The position numbers were made by a program, and so were the translations under genes. From NCBI GenBank assembly GCA_965603825.1, contig CBFDEM010000017.1:1-64000 (forward strand): a stretch of 64,000 nt of DNA. The letters are read 5' to 3'. Below the pieces are notes generated by a model, which saw nothing but the letters and a program-made list of their open reading frames with translations, was not told where the DNA came from and made no database searches. This document shows, piece after piece, positions 51,363 through 62,675 of this stretch. The DNA comes from Blepharisma stoltei ATCC 30299 (Eukaryota; Protista; Ciliophora). Within the stretch, counting starts at the first letter, position 1; each line of letters starts with the position of its first letter.

Positions 51363-52452
51363 CTAAGGAACCGTTGAGAAAGAGTTAGCATAAGGGGAAT
51401 ATACCAAAATATTTTTTTTATATCCAGATATTAAAATATTTCCGTTAAATATTACACTACGACAATCCATATCAATTATCGGCATTTGAGCTATTTTAAA
51501 TCACTGATTTTTATCCAGATCAAATCTGCCGGAGAAAAATGTCATTTTATAATTATAACCTCCAAAGCAATAAACATTCCTATTGATATAAATAGCTGAA
51601 GAGTAGCAGCAAGGCATCCCTCTTGGCAATGCTCGAACTTTATAATCACTGCCAATTATAAAAGTTATTCCAAGGTTTCATCATTCACCAAAGCAAAATA
51701 TCTCATCATTCGGAAGTCGAAGTATGCATATGCCAGTCTGCAAATGCTTTGAAGGATTTAATTCAGACAGATTCAAATCAATATATCTTTCTCTAATTTT
51801 TTCAATGTCTAAAATATGCAAGAGAGTTGCTTTATTCTCTTTATTGTATAATCTATAAATAGATGTGATTTTATGGTAGGCGTCTATATATTTCTGATAA
51901 GCTTCATTGAGTTCTGAGCTATTAGTTTATTTTGATTATTGTATCACTCACGGATTCTTCTGAACTCTTGCTCTGTTTGTGTATCGTTATTATTTCGGCT
52001 TAAAATTGCAGATGTTTTAATTTCTAGATCTTGAGCAGTTAGTGACTGATTAGTTGCATTTTGATAGAATTCGGTTCCAGCGAAGTCTGGCTCATAATTT
52101 GGGAATATTTTAATTGGATTTCGTTTAGAATCAAATCATTTATTTGCCATAATATATCTTATATTTATCTGGTCTTCTTCAATTAGTTTTGGCAATTGAT
52201 GCTTCTCTTTAGTTATTTTTTTAGTAATCTTTTTATAATAGAGCCTAGGTTGTCTCAATAGGTAAGGAGATCCGTATTATAAAATAAACTCGAATCTATA
52301 TTCCAATTTATAAAAATAATTTAAGCAATTTCTTCATCACTTATTAATTTTTGGCCGTTTTTATAATTTTCTCAATATCGATTAAATTTAATATTTTTTT
52401 ATAATTTCTCAAAGCAGTATTTTTCTTTTTGCAGGAAATAGTGTTCTTCCAT
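51363..52452 (-). pseudogene. Kelch-repeat gene remnant (frameshifted, premature stop)
   Basis: LPNDEIFCFG...SSAIYINRNVYCFGGYN...RFDLDKNQ(W)FKIAQMP...SVIFNGNILISG, ending NSFSTVP-TAG. The upstream coding-like DNA is in other frames, and the 5' boundary is approximate. Confidence 0.72.
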
Positions 52453-53022
52453 TTTGTCTTCGAAATTTTAGTTAAAATAAAATTACTTTTATTTTTTACT
52501 GCATAATAAAGCCTTATCTTCAAAAGTGAATTGTGAAAGACTTAAACTTGAATTATTCAAGAAGGTTCTTAATTTTTATAGTTCTGCTAAAATAAATACC
52601 TCTATTTAACAGCTCTTAAATAATGCAATAAATCAATAAATGCATAAAAATTATCTTTAAAATAAGTGGAAAACTATTTAATAACTATAAAACAGCACTT
52701 TCTGTAAATTTGTTTCTTTCTTAATAAATCATCAATTTTAAGGCATAGCGTCAATTATTTTTTAACAAATTGCTTGCCTTAGGTGAAGTTCCATCCCATA
52801 AATTTATGAAGAACACCCACTAAAGTTTTGCAAGCTTTTCAAATCATGAACTTCTTATTGAAAAGGTGATTCCTTATAGCTGATCTGACCAAACAAAAAC
52901 AGACTATCAATCCCCACCATCACCCTTAGTTAACTCACTGAATCTGCTGGCTCTATCCAGAATAAATACTAATGAAGTACTTCTTCTTAATTGATAAGCA
53001 CTTTAATTCACAACAGTTTAAT

Positions 53023-54081
53023 TTAAGAATTAGCCTGACCTATTTCTATTTTTTTCATAGCTTTTTCATAATTTGGCTTTGCGATAGCTATTTTTCTTTC
53101 CAAAGTCTTTACCTGCAGCAGCAATTTGTCTTCTTCCCCTTTCAAGTCTATATAATCAGACACACTTGGAAGACTATCCAGATCATTTTTCTGTAACTGC
53201 AATTTTCTCTGCTTTTCTCCAATAAATTTCACTGTCTTTTTCACTTTTTGGATACTTTTCGTGTTGACTTTAATCTGTGAGTCAGCGTCAGTTATTTCTT
53301 GTTTCAGCATCTCAAGCTTTTTTTCTTCCCTTTGCAAAGTTTCTTTTACATTGGTTAGTCTCAGCGTGCATTTTCCAGAAGTGACCTTCAAAGATAGCAG
53401 TTGTTTATTTCTGTCATCAATATCTCTCACAAGCTTTTTATTTTCTATTTGAAGCTGATGGAAGTCAATAAACTGTAAATCATCACTTGCCTGCTCTTTT
53501 TTCGCGATTTTTGCTTTTTCTTTCTTAATATTCCTATCAAGCTGCTGATTCTGAAGCTGGAATTTTTCAATAAGCATATCTTTTTGTCTGAGTTTTTCTT
53601 CAATATACTTTATAAGTCTTTCTGCGACGATTTTCCCAGTTCTTGAATTTTCAGAGCCCAAGACTATATCACGCTTGAACTCATGGGCTTCTCGCTTAAT
53701 TTCTGCAATATTCATATCAATTTCATCAAGCACCGCTTTCAGCCACTCCAGCAGTTCTTCACTTTTCTTTTGGCCTTCTTGGATTTTCTTCTTAAGTTCT
53801 TCCAGCTCTCCAGTTGCAATGTCATACTTCTCCTGAAGCGATAAGGTGCGGACCTCTTGTATCTGCTGCTGGCCGCCTTTTCGGCGCTTCCTGCTTTTGT
53901 CGACTTCTTTGGTTTCTTCTTCAGTTTCAATGGGTTCGTTTTTCTTGTTGTTGTTTATGTAGCTTTCGAAGAGCTTGTTTTCCCTTCGTATGGTCTCGTT
54001 GTCTTTTTCTAAGTCTTCCAGCATTTGACTCAGCTGTTCAACAGTCATGGCTTCCAAGTCTGACCTTTTGAACCCACTCAT
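53023..54081 (-). CDS. CCDC113: Ciliary coiled-coil protein CCDC113/CFAP263 (DUF4201)
   Basis: LSLQEKYDIA..ELE, EFKRDI, GKIVAERLIKY.EEKLR.KD..IEK, LQFIDFHQLQIEN, PSV.DYI. Confidence 0.85.
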   Translation of the reverse strand: MSGFKRSDLEAMTVEQLSQMLEDLEKDNETIRRENKLFESYINNNKKNEPIETEEETKEVDKSRKRRKGGQQQIQEVRTLSLQEKYDIATGELEELKKKIQEGQKKSEELLEWLKAVLDEIDMNIAEIKREAHEFKRDIVLGSENSRTGKIVAERLIKYIEEKLRQKDMLIEKFQLQNQQLDRNIKKEKAKIAKKEQASDDLQFIDFHQLQIENKKLVRDIDDRNKQLLSLKVTSGKCTLRLTNVKETLQREEKKLEMLKQEITDADSQIKVNTKSIQKVKKTVKFIGEKQRKLQLQKNDLDSLPSVSDYIDLKGEEDKLLLQVKTLERKIAIAKPNYEKAMKKIEIGQANS

Positions 54082-54200
54082 AATTTTTATAAGACTCCAT
54101 AATTTAACCGCTTCTTATCTCTATTGAAAGGTTATTTTGCACCATAAAAGTTTGAATATTTAAAATAAAGAATTATTTTATTCAATAATCTAACATGAAT

Positions 54201-54971
54201 TTATTGATCTCCCAGGATTTCTACTCGAATTGATAACCTTTTATAGCCTTCTTCCAGCTCGTCAGCTGATTCTAGTATATATTTTTCAGCAATTTTAATG
54301 CTGATGTGAAATGGTAGTGCCGTGTATTTATTTTTGAAGTATTGGATCGGCTCAGATTTCACAAAGAAATCCACTTGGTATTCCGGGTTCACAGTCGTCA
54401 ATCGCAAAGTCCTCCTCCGTATTCCCATATCATATAGGTGCAGATAAAAGGTGTCTCCACTACAAAACGATTTGTTTATAATTACATCATCCGCGAATTT
54501 CCAAATGCTGTAGCCCCAGTCAGCCATTCTCCATGTTTTTGAATTCCAGCCTCTCACAGAGCCACTGGAAGCCATTTCAAACTGTTTTACCTGGTGGACA
54601 AGAGTGATGTGGTCAATTAAGCATTCACCAGCCCACTGGCACTCGTCAAAAATGCACGGGATATTTGGATTAAACGTGCAGACCTGCTCATGAGTTCGTT
54701 TTTGGCTTAAAACCAAACGTTTGCCACACCCTTTGAAGGAGCAGACCACTTCAATGCTTTCCAGCATTCTTTCTAAAGCAATATTTCGGAACTTGTTCTG
54801 CAGAGGCAGAGAACATTCTGGACATGTGGCTTTTGTTTCGGAACAAGTTTTGCAGATTGAGTGACCATTGAAGCATTGATAAACTGGGGGCATAAATAGC
54901 TTGCTACAAGCAGGGCATTCAAGGCTACTGAGGAGCAGTTTGTCGATTTGTAAAGAATCTTCTCTTTCCAT
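54201..54971 (-). CDS. SINA/Siah-like RING E3 ligase, 256 aa
   Basis: LECPAC...PPVYQC.NGHSICKTC....CPEC, RNIALERM, followed by two Zn-finger motifs. Confidence 0.88.
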   Translation of the reverse strand: MEREDSLQIDKLLLSSLECPACSKLFMPPVYQCFNGHSICKTCSETKATCPECSLPLQNKFRNIALERMLESIEVVCSFKGCGKRLVLSQKRTHEQVCTFNPNIPCIFDECQWAGECLIDHITLVHQVKQFEMASSGSVRGWNSKTWRMADWGYSIWKFADDVIINKSFCSGDTFYLHLYDMGIRRRTLRLTTVNPEYQVDFFVKSEPIQYFKNKYTALPFHISIKIAEKYILESADELEEGYKRLSIRVEILGDQ

Positions 54972-55093
54972 CTTGTTTTGTAAAATAATTAGTAATATAA
55001 TGTTTATAATGTTATATTTTAGGTATGATTAGGAATTTGATTATAAATGTAGCAAAAGTTAAATGATTTGTTATGCCATAATTCGATATTTAA

Positions 55094-56188
55094 ATGAATA
55101 GCATCATCTTAGGAAAAAGTTTAGTTCAAAAGGCAGTTATAGAAGGTCGATTTAACACTGCCATAGAATGAAAAGACGAAAATCTTACGTCAGAAGCAAT
55201 TCCACTAAAAGACATCCTGAACTTCAATTTGAACTCAGTCCCAAATCTTTATGAGTACAATCCTGCCAAATCATTTTTCAAAATCGACTTTACAGACCAC
55301 GATATGATGGCACGAGCAATTACAAAGGTCACCCCACCAAACGAAAAGTTTAAAGCTGTCTTTCTTGAAGAGCCAATGAGCATATGCGGGATTAATTATA
55401 TGGGAAAAATCGTCATAAGTCATCCTGACAATGTATCTTTCACGATTTACCTTCCAGGAGAGCTTACTTATGACCCAGCCGCAAGATTTAGTAACGAAGA
55501 AGATTGCTTATGGGTCGATTCTTCTCAGTTTACTCTAATTATCGCTTTTACGGTGGTTTTGATCAAGGCAGCAATGGTGGGAGCCCCAAAGGATTTTTTA
55601 AAGAAAACTTACCTCATAACAAAGCCAATTATTTCTCAGTATTATAAAAAGGAGCTTTTGTTCAGATGGATGTATAAACAAGTAAAATTTGCCTGCATTA
55701 AAAAAGTGCAACCTGCGCCTTATGGAGAAATTTTAGCCAAAAGAAGCTTCACAACAGTTTTATTAGGGAAGCAAGCCCCAAGTGCGCATACAAAGCTATA
55801 TTTAGAAAATTATTTAAAACTTAAAACTGGAGGAATTCCAAATGAAACAATAAAGATACCCACCCAATATTTCGAAGAACTCAAAGAGGACACAGAAGTA
55901 GAAGATGAAATAAAAAAAGCAGCTGAAGCTAATACATCTCGTAATAATAAGCATACCCTAGCGCTAACTTCACTCCCAATTTTGGTTGAAGACACAAATG
56001 GTGGACCAACTATTGACGAAATTGAAATGGAAATTGATAACATCTGTGAAGGCTATATCAGAGCAATGGACATCAATTTCTTCAAAATTGAACAGCTACT
56101 TAAAGATGGAAAGCGTTACGAAGATCCAATGGAAGACCCCAAATTCGCAATAGAGTCCTCATTATCATCCCAATGCCCTATTTTTTAA
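55094..56188 (+). CDS. Hypothetical protein, 364 aa (C-terminal CPIF, CaaX-like)
   Basis: ATG 55094 is in frame with the 55229 ORF through one TGA. Confidence 0.78.
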
Positions 56189-56232
56189 CATAAGATTTTG
56201 CTAATAAATAGCTTTCATATACCTCACATAAA

Positions 56233-58203
56233 ATGGTTAAAAGAGACAGAGACTTTTTCCCACAAGCTGACAAGCTAAAAGAAAGGATTCAAGCCGAAAC
56301 TCCACCATCTGGCATATATGGCCTTCTCGACGAAAAAGACAGCGACAAGCTTGAATTTATCAAGCTTAAATTTTCCGAACTCCCCATATCAAAAAACACA
56401 ATATCAGGATGCATCAAAAACCAATGAACAACGATGACGCCAATTCAAAGAGGCGCTATCCCCCATGCACTTGCAGGACGCGACGTCTTAGGGACTGCCT
56501 TGACTGGCTCTGGCAAATCTCTTGCATTTTTGATTCCTGCTCTAGAAAAACTCTACCGAGAAAAGTGGTCAAAAATAGATGGGCTAGGGTGCTTAATTAT
56601 AGTTCCTACAAGAGAGCTTGGGATCCAGCTGTTTGAGACCATGAAAAAGCTCGGCGAAAGGCACCAATTTTCAGTGGGTCTTGTGATCGGTGGCAAAGAC
56701 CTAGAGCACGAAAAAGAAAGGATAGGAATGATGAACATTTTGATAGCCACGCCTGGAAGGCTGTTGCAGCACATGCAGGAAACGTCAGATTTCAGGACAG
56801 ACAACTTGCAGATGCTTATAATTGACGAAGCAGACAGGATTCTGGAAATGGGATTCGAAGAAGCACTAAACAGCATTTTAGAGTACCTTCCTCCACACAG
56901 ACAAAATCTCCTATTTTCTGCTACATTATCCAAATCAATACAAAGTCTAGTCAAGCTGCATCTTAACAGCCCTGAATATATAAACGTGCTTCCTAATAAA
57001 GAAGACATCGGTACACAATCAAAATTAACCCAGCATTATATAGTAATCGACCTCCCACACAAGCTTAATTTGCTGTTTTCCTTTATTCGATCTCATGTGA
57101 AATGCAAGATTTTGGTATTTTTTTCGTCGTGTAAACAAGTGAGGTTCACTTATGAGACTTTCAAAAAAATGCACCCTGGGATTCCACTTATGGAACTTCA
57201 TGGAGGACAAAGACAGGACAAACGAACGGCTATTTATTTTAATTTTCTGGAGAAGCCTGAAGCTGTTTTATTCGCAACTGATATAGCAAGTCGTGGGCTA
57301 GATTTCCCAGCAGTACATTGGGTAGTTCAAGTTGACTGCCCAGAAGATGTGCAATCCTATATACACAGAGTTGGCAGAACTGCTAGATATAAATCAGGCG
57401 GAAATGCGTTATTATTCCTTTTACCATCAGAAATTAAATTTATTGAGTATTTAGAAGAGAGGAAAATAAGTATGAAAAAAATCAAGCCAAACCCTAAAAA
57501 GACGTACTCAATTGTGAATAATTTGGCCAATTTTGTGGCAGAAGATTCAGCTATAAAACATTTGGCAGAAACCTACTTCAAAAGCTACGTGAGATCAGTT
57601 TTCTTAAACCCAAATAAAGAAGTCTTTAACTTCAACGCCTTGCCCTTCAAAGAGTTTTCTGTATCTTTAGGATTAACAGGAGACCCAAATATTAGTTTAG
57701 TAGAAGGCGATGGCGAAACGAGGAAAAAGACAAAATTAGAGATCCTCAAAGAAAAAATCAAAAAGAAAAAAGAAGAGAAAAAGCGAAAACTCGCAGAGGA
57801 AAATGCTCAAGACGAGCCTCAAGAAGAACCTCAAGAAGAGGCTCAAGAAATTACAAATGAAGAGGAGCCTGAAAATAATGAAGCAGAAAATATGGAAGTT
57901 GAAAGTGACGAAGACTTGTTCCAAATTAAAAGGAAAAATCACGGTTTAGAAGAAATTGGGCTTGAAGCAATCCAAGAAGACTTCATGAGCAAGCGGCAGC
58001 TGAAAAAGAAGAAAAAAGAAAGCATTGAATTCAGCCAAAACCCTGAAGAAGATCTGACTGAGAAAGTGATATCCAGAGTCAAAGAAACCGCAGAAATCGC
58101 AAAAATAAAAGAAAAACAAAGGATCAAGAAGAAGCATAAAGAAGAAAGACTCAAGGCCCGCTCACAGCGAGAAGCAGGAAGTGAAGAAGAAGAAGAATTA
58201 TAA
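56233..58203 (+). CDS. DBP4: DEAD-box rRNA helicase Dbp4/DDX10, 656 aa
   Basis: Q motif across TGA 56425; TGSGKS, PTRELG, DEAD, SAT, FFSSCKQVRF, ATDIASRGLDFP, HRVGRTARY. Confidence 0.93.
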
Positions 58204-58212
58204 ATAATTAAA

Positions 58213-59838
58213 ATGGAAGTAGTCAAACTAAGAGACCTGATACGCTGCATTTCTCAGCACCTCGCAAGAGAACTTCATGAATTAACTAGAGCTGCTTCCA
58301 AACGGCATGCACTTGTAGAATATTGCAGCAGGACTCGCTCTCTATTAAAAAGGCTTAAAAAGGTAATATCATGGTCCCGCTCCTATGCTGCTTTATGGTC
58401 TAAAATCCCTGAGCTTCAGGATTATCTCGGAGATAGATCTCGTATATATAAAGAAACGGCCTGGATGCTTGGCGTCTTGCACTCAGAGCAGCTATATCGG
58501 CTAAGAACGCCAAGATTCGCTTTAACTGAGGCTTCTGATATTCTATGCAGAGGAGAGTACAGAGGATTTCCTTTGGCAGGCAGCGTGATAACTCCAAAGA
58601 AGGTGCCTCTTTCAAAGCTGACACAGTATTTAAAGCACAAAACTTTGCTAGTCGATCACCCAGCTGGGCTTACATTAGAGTAATTGAGATGTAGGGTGGC
58701 TGATGGGAAACTCAATGCAACTCGAAATGATTTTCAGTTCAGTGTGTCATTGCGTGAAGAAAAGAAAGAACTCCTGTGGATGCTGTGTGATTTTCAGCTG
58801 TCGACGCAACAAATTAATGTGAATCAAGTATCCGTCAATTAGAAAAACCTGATTTTTCAAGAAATGCAGAACCTTTTAAAGCCTCCACAAGACCCATTAG
58901 TTTTGGTAAAGTTGGACACACACTTAAAAAGAACTTGCGCGTCAGGAATTTTAGAAAACTTGCAAAGGCAAGCCAAGCAAAATACTATTATTACTATAAA
59001 TTACATACCTGGGGCCAGTTTAAAAGTTTCTTATTGGCCGCAATACTACCCGTCTTATTTTGAAGTCTTGATAAAAGATTCTGATATTGTAATTTCCCAC
59101 TCCCCACCGATCCCTTTTAATTTTGAGTTCACTTCAGATTTTTCAGGCTTGCTTGACACAGTTTTATCGTCACATAGGATTTATCGACTTCAAAAGCTGA
59201 TTGGCGATTTTGCTGATCTTTGCTATAACTTGAATGACCATCTTGAAGTATTTTTAGACGAAAATTGCACTGTAACTATTGATTTTTCCTATTTCTCCGG
59301 AGCCAGCAGGGTTGAACTAATGGGAGAATATAGCAGTTATTTATCGGAAACTCTCAATAAAGGCATTGGAGAGGGATTTTGAGCAGAAATCAGAGAAATG
59401 GTGTTCAATAGCCAGCTAAACTCAGTCTGCAGGTGCTTAGACTCAGCAATTATCAGCTCACCATTAAGATTCAGTAAAAGCTTCTACAACTTACTAAGCG
59501 AAGGCATGCAAGTCGAGCGAAAAGAGCAAGACGTTCTGGGGTATATAGAAATTGGCCAAGCTGTCCCAACTGACGCTGAAGGCAGCATCAGGATTTTCGC
59601 CGTCAAAATCAGCAAGCTCAAGGGCTTAAAATTTGACTTCGTCGTCTACATCAACACCGAGCTTGAGCTCTGCATTGACTTAGGGACCTGAAACCCTCCA
59701 GAAGACCTCAAAGAATGCCTCAGCAACGTCATCAAAAGAGCCACAGAAACCATGACAGTCCTAAAAATCCCCTTCATGCTCTCAGCCAAGCCTGAGCTCG
59801 AAACTAAAACAAATTCTCTAATAAATAAAATATGGTAA
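58213..59838 (+). CDS. MED14: Mediator subunit MED14-like (short), 531 aa; introns 58680-58694 and 58828-58842
   Basis: KR..LVEY..RTR.LL.RL..VI.W...L..YL.....Y.ETA..L.....L..LR.P.FAL..A.DIL..G.Y..FP matches the Med14 N-terminal domain. Confidence 0.7.
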
Positions 59839-59848
59839 CTCATTAGTA

Positions 59849-60616
59849 TTAATTATGACATGAACTGTCATGATATTCGTTGAATACACATAAGGAAATT
59901 AAATCTATTTGAGAAAAACGTCTCCTGAGCATCGCAGTACTTCTCGGCTTGGGCTTTGGTGGCTTTTGCCTTTTTATTTGTATGCTTTGTTCTGAAACTT
60001 GGTGGGATACTGGGACTTCATCAATGTTGATCCCTTTGGATTTTCAGAGCTTGCCAATAGGCTTGAGGAGCATTCGGCTGCTGTAGCAGTGGCGCTCGCT
60101 TTTGAGTTTTTCAGGAGTCCTTTCTGTGGGGGGAGGAGGCACTGTGACCACGTTCCCCAATACTGGAATTGATAGATTTCGCCGTTTTGATTTAGAGGTA
60201 GATTGCTTTCTGGCGGTAGCTTGCTCGCTGTCTTCGCTGTCTGTAGGGATCTGAAAGTTTGGGATCGGAAGTCTGAGCTTCTTGCTGCTAAACATAGAGA
60301 ATTGGATCCCAATTTCGTCTTTGAAAAAAGAAAAACTTTCAGGTTCCTCGGCTTTCTTTTCAGTCTTCAGTGTTCTGAGACTTTTCGACTGCTTTGCTAT
60401 TTTCGCAAAGCCATTTGTGTTAGGAATCGAAGATTCTTCTCTTCTAAAACCCCAGATGTTGCCTCGAGCTGAATTAGCAGGCTTTGAACTGCTTTGAGGT
60501 TTATTCATGCCAGGAGACCCTATCACTTTTACTTGGTACTTTAGAAAAGGCAAAATATCATAAGCTTTCAGTAATGGTTTGTTTGCTTTAATTGTATCTT
60601 TGTCAATAAATTCCAT
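59849..60616 (-). CDS. Basic low-complexity hypothetical protein, 255 aa
   Basis: The ORF continues through TGA 60044 to TAA 59849. Confidence 0.72.
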
Positions 60617-60683
60617 CTATTAATTATTAAAAGGCTTATTTATTACGATTTTTCTTCAAATAAATCATAATTTTTTCATCTTA

Positions 60684-61313
60684 ATGAAAATACCTTTTCT
60701 AATAGGCATTGGGATTATCCCAGGTGTTACTGTAGCAGGCATAGTTTCAAAATATTACCAGCCAAATGAAGTTTCTGGGAGATGAGTTTTCCAAGGCATT
60801 GACATTAGGCTCGAAAGAAATTTAGCAAGGAAAATCATGCAGACATGAGGTAAAAAGATGAGTTTAAAGTACAAAGAAGAAAATTTTCCTTTTCTTGAAG
60901 AAATTTATAAGAAAATCGTTGCAAATTACCCAGTAAAATTACCTGGAAAGCTTCATTTCTTAAGGTCAGACGAATTCATCTTAAACATTCTTCCCACAGG
61001 AGATGCATTTATAAGCTCAGGCGCTATTAAAGATCTTGATGAATCAGGGATTGCAAACGTGATTGCCCATGAATTTTCCCACTTGAAGCTTTTTCATGCT
61101 CAAGAACACATTGGATATTCAAGGCCAATAACTCTATTAGTAGCATGAATGAGCAGAAATAACCACCACACAACAGAGAGGCTGAGAACATATCTGCTTA
61201 ATTCTAGATATAATGAGCAGGAAGAGACTGAAGCTCAGGAACTGACAAAAGCATATCTTGCAAAAACTAAATATCACGAGACACATTATAATTGTTTAAG
61301 ATCAGCAAATTAA
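60684..61313 (+). CDS. Peptidase M48 (OMA1-like) zinc metalloprotease, 209 aa
   Basis: Hydrophobic N-terminal segment; LPTGDAFISSG, IANVIAHEFSH (HExxH), YNEQEETEAQ; three TGA read as Trp. Confidence 0.8.
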
Positions 61314-61958
61314 TATTTAATCTTTGTTGTCTATTGGAAAATTCTTAATATATCTTGGTTCCAAATGGATCGCACGATTTATATTAGCTGGGGTTTGAAT
61401 TGCAAGTCCAATTGAAGAAAAAATCTTATGTTTGCTATAACAAAAAGTATTAGTGCCCCCTAAGAATGCTTAAAGATTAAAATGGAATTCTATCATACGG
61501 GAGTATGAAAAACCTTCTTTATATCTCAATATTTCATAAAATTCTAAGAAAAAGGTTGGGTGGATATATCGATTCAACAAATTTCAAATTAAACTTGCTA
61601 TCGATTGAACTAATATTATTTAAAATATGCATAAGTCTAATTATTTTTAATCTAAAACTTTTACTAGTATCAAGTATCGACAAGATTCTTCTCAAATAGG
61701 AATTTTGGAGAAAATATTAATCAAAATTTCATCTAAACTACAACTAAAGAAACTAGTGCTTCAGTGGATCATTACAACACTGAAAAAGAAAAATTTAATC
61801 GAATTTTGCAATGAGCTTAAAGTATATACAGAGAATAATTCAAAAATACTCTGACTTTTTCAATTGGGTTAACTTTGCTAATCTTTTATTAGAAAATATA
61901 AAGCCAAATAAAGCTGGCAGTTCATGAATCGTTTAGTGAATTGTCATTTATATTACTA

Positions 61959-62522
61959 TTAATTTCCCTTGAGCTTTTGAATTCCTTCTGCAACTCTTCT
62001 GAATACCAAATCCACGTTTAAAGCAGTTTTCGCTGAAGTCTCGAACCATTCCATGTCATGTTCGTTCGCATATGCTTTTGCGATGTCTTCTCCAACTGTC
62101 TTGCTTTCTCTATCAGCTTTGTTCCCTACTAAATACAGCAAGCAGTCAGGAACCTGTGCCTTTAAGGTGTTCACCCAGTAGTCAACTCGCTCAAAAGATC
62201 GTTTGTCGCCCACATCATATACAATTACTGCAGCTGCGGCATCTCGGTAATAAAGAGGCATCAGCGCTCTGAACCTTTCTTGTCCTGCAGTGTCCCAAAT
62301 GTCTAGGACTGTGACTTTCCCGTCACCGGTGTCAACTCTGGATTGTAAAAATGCTCCACCGATTGTTACTTCGTGGGCATCACTGAACTCGCCACGTGTA
62401 TATCGGACTAAGAGAGAGGATTTCCCGACGCCTGAGTCTCCGAGGAACACGACTTTGGACTCAACCTTGAGGGTTGAGTTGAGAAGAGACCCATCAGCTC
62501 GTTTTTGAGATCTGCAACACAT
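61959..62522 (-). CDS. Rab5b/ARA6-type small GTPase, N-terminal MCC, no C-terminal Cys, 187 aa
   Basis: GDSGVGKSS, HEVTIGGAFL, WDTAGQE, MPLYYR, GNKAD, ETSAK; ends QKLKGN-TAA. Confidence 0.92.
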   Translation of the reverse strand: MCCRSQKRADGSLLNSTLKVESKVVFLGDSGVGKSSLLVRYTRGEFSDAHEVTIGGAFLQSRVDTGDGKVTVLDIWDTAGQERFRALMPLYYRDAAAAVIVYDVGDKRSFERVDYWVNTLKAQVPDCLLYLVGNKADRESKTVGEDIAKAYANEHDMEWFETSAKTALNVDLVFRRVAEGIQKLKGN

Positions 62523-62675
62523 AGTTCTCTTGTAATTAAAAAATGGTTGCGTGAAGATTTTTTGATATGAGGATTTATAGAAATTTATTTAATAGAAAAC
62601 AAAATTAGTTAGCAGGCTTCTTTTCTATAAATATCTTCATTATTTCAGGATACATAAAGCTAGCTAATCTGCTGA

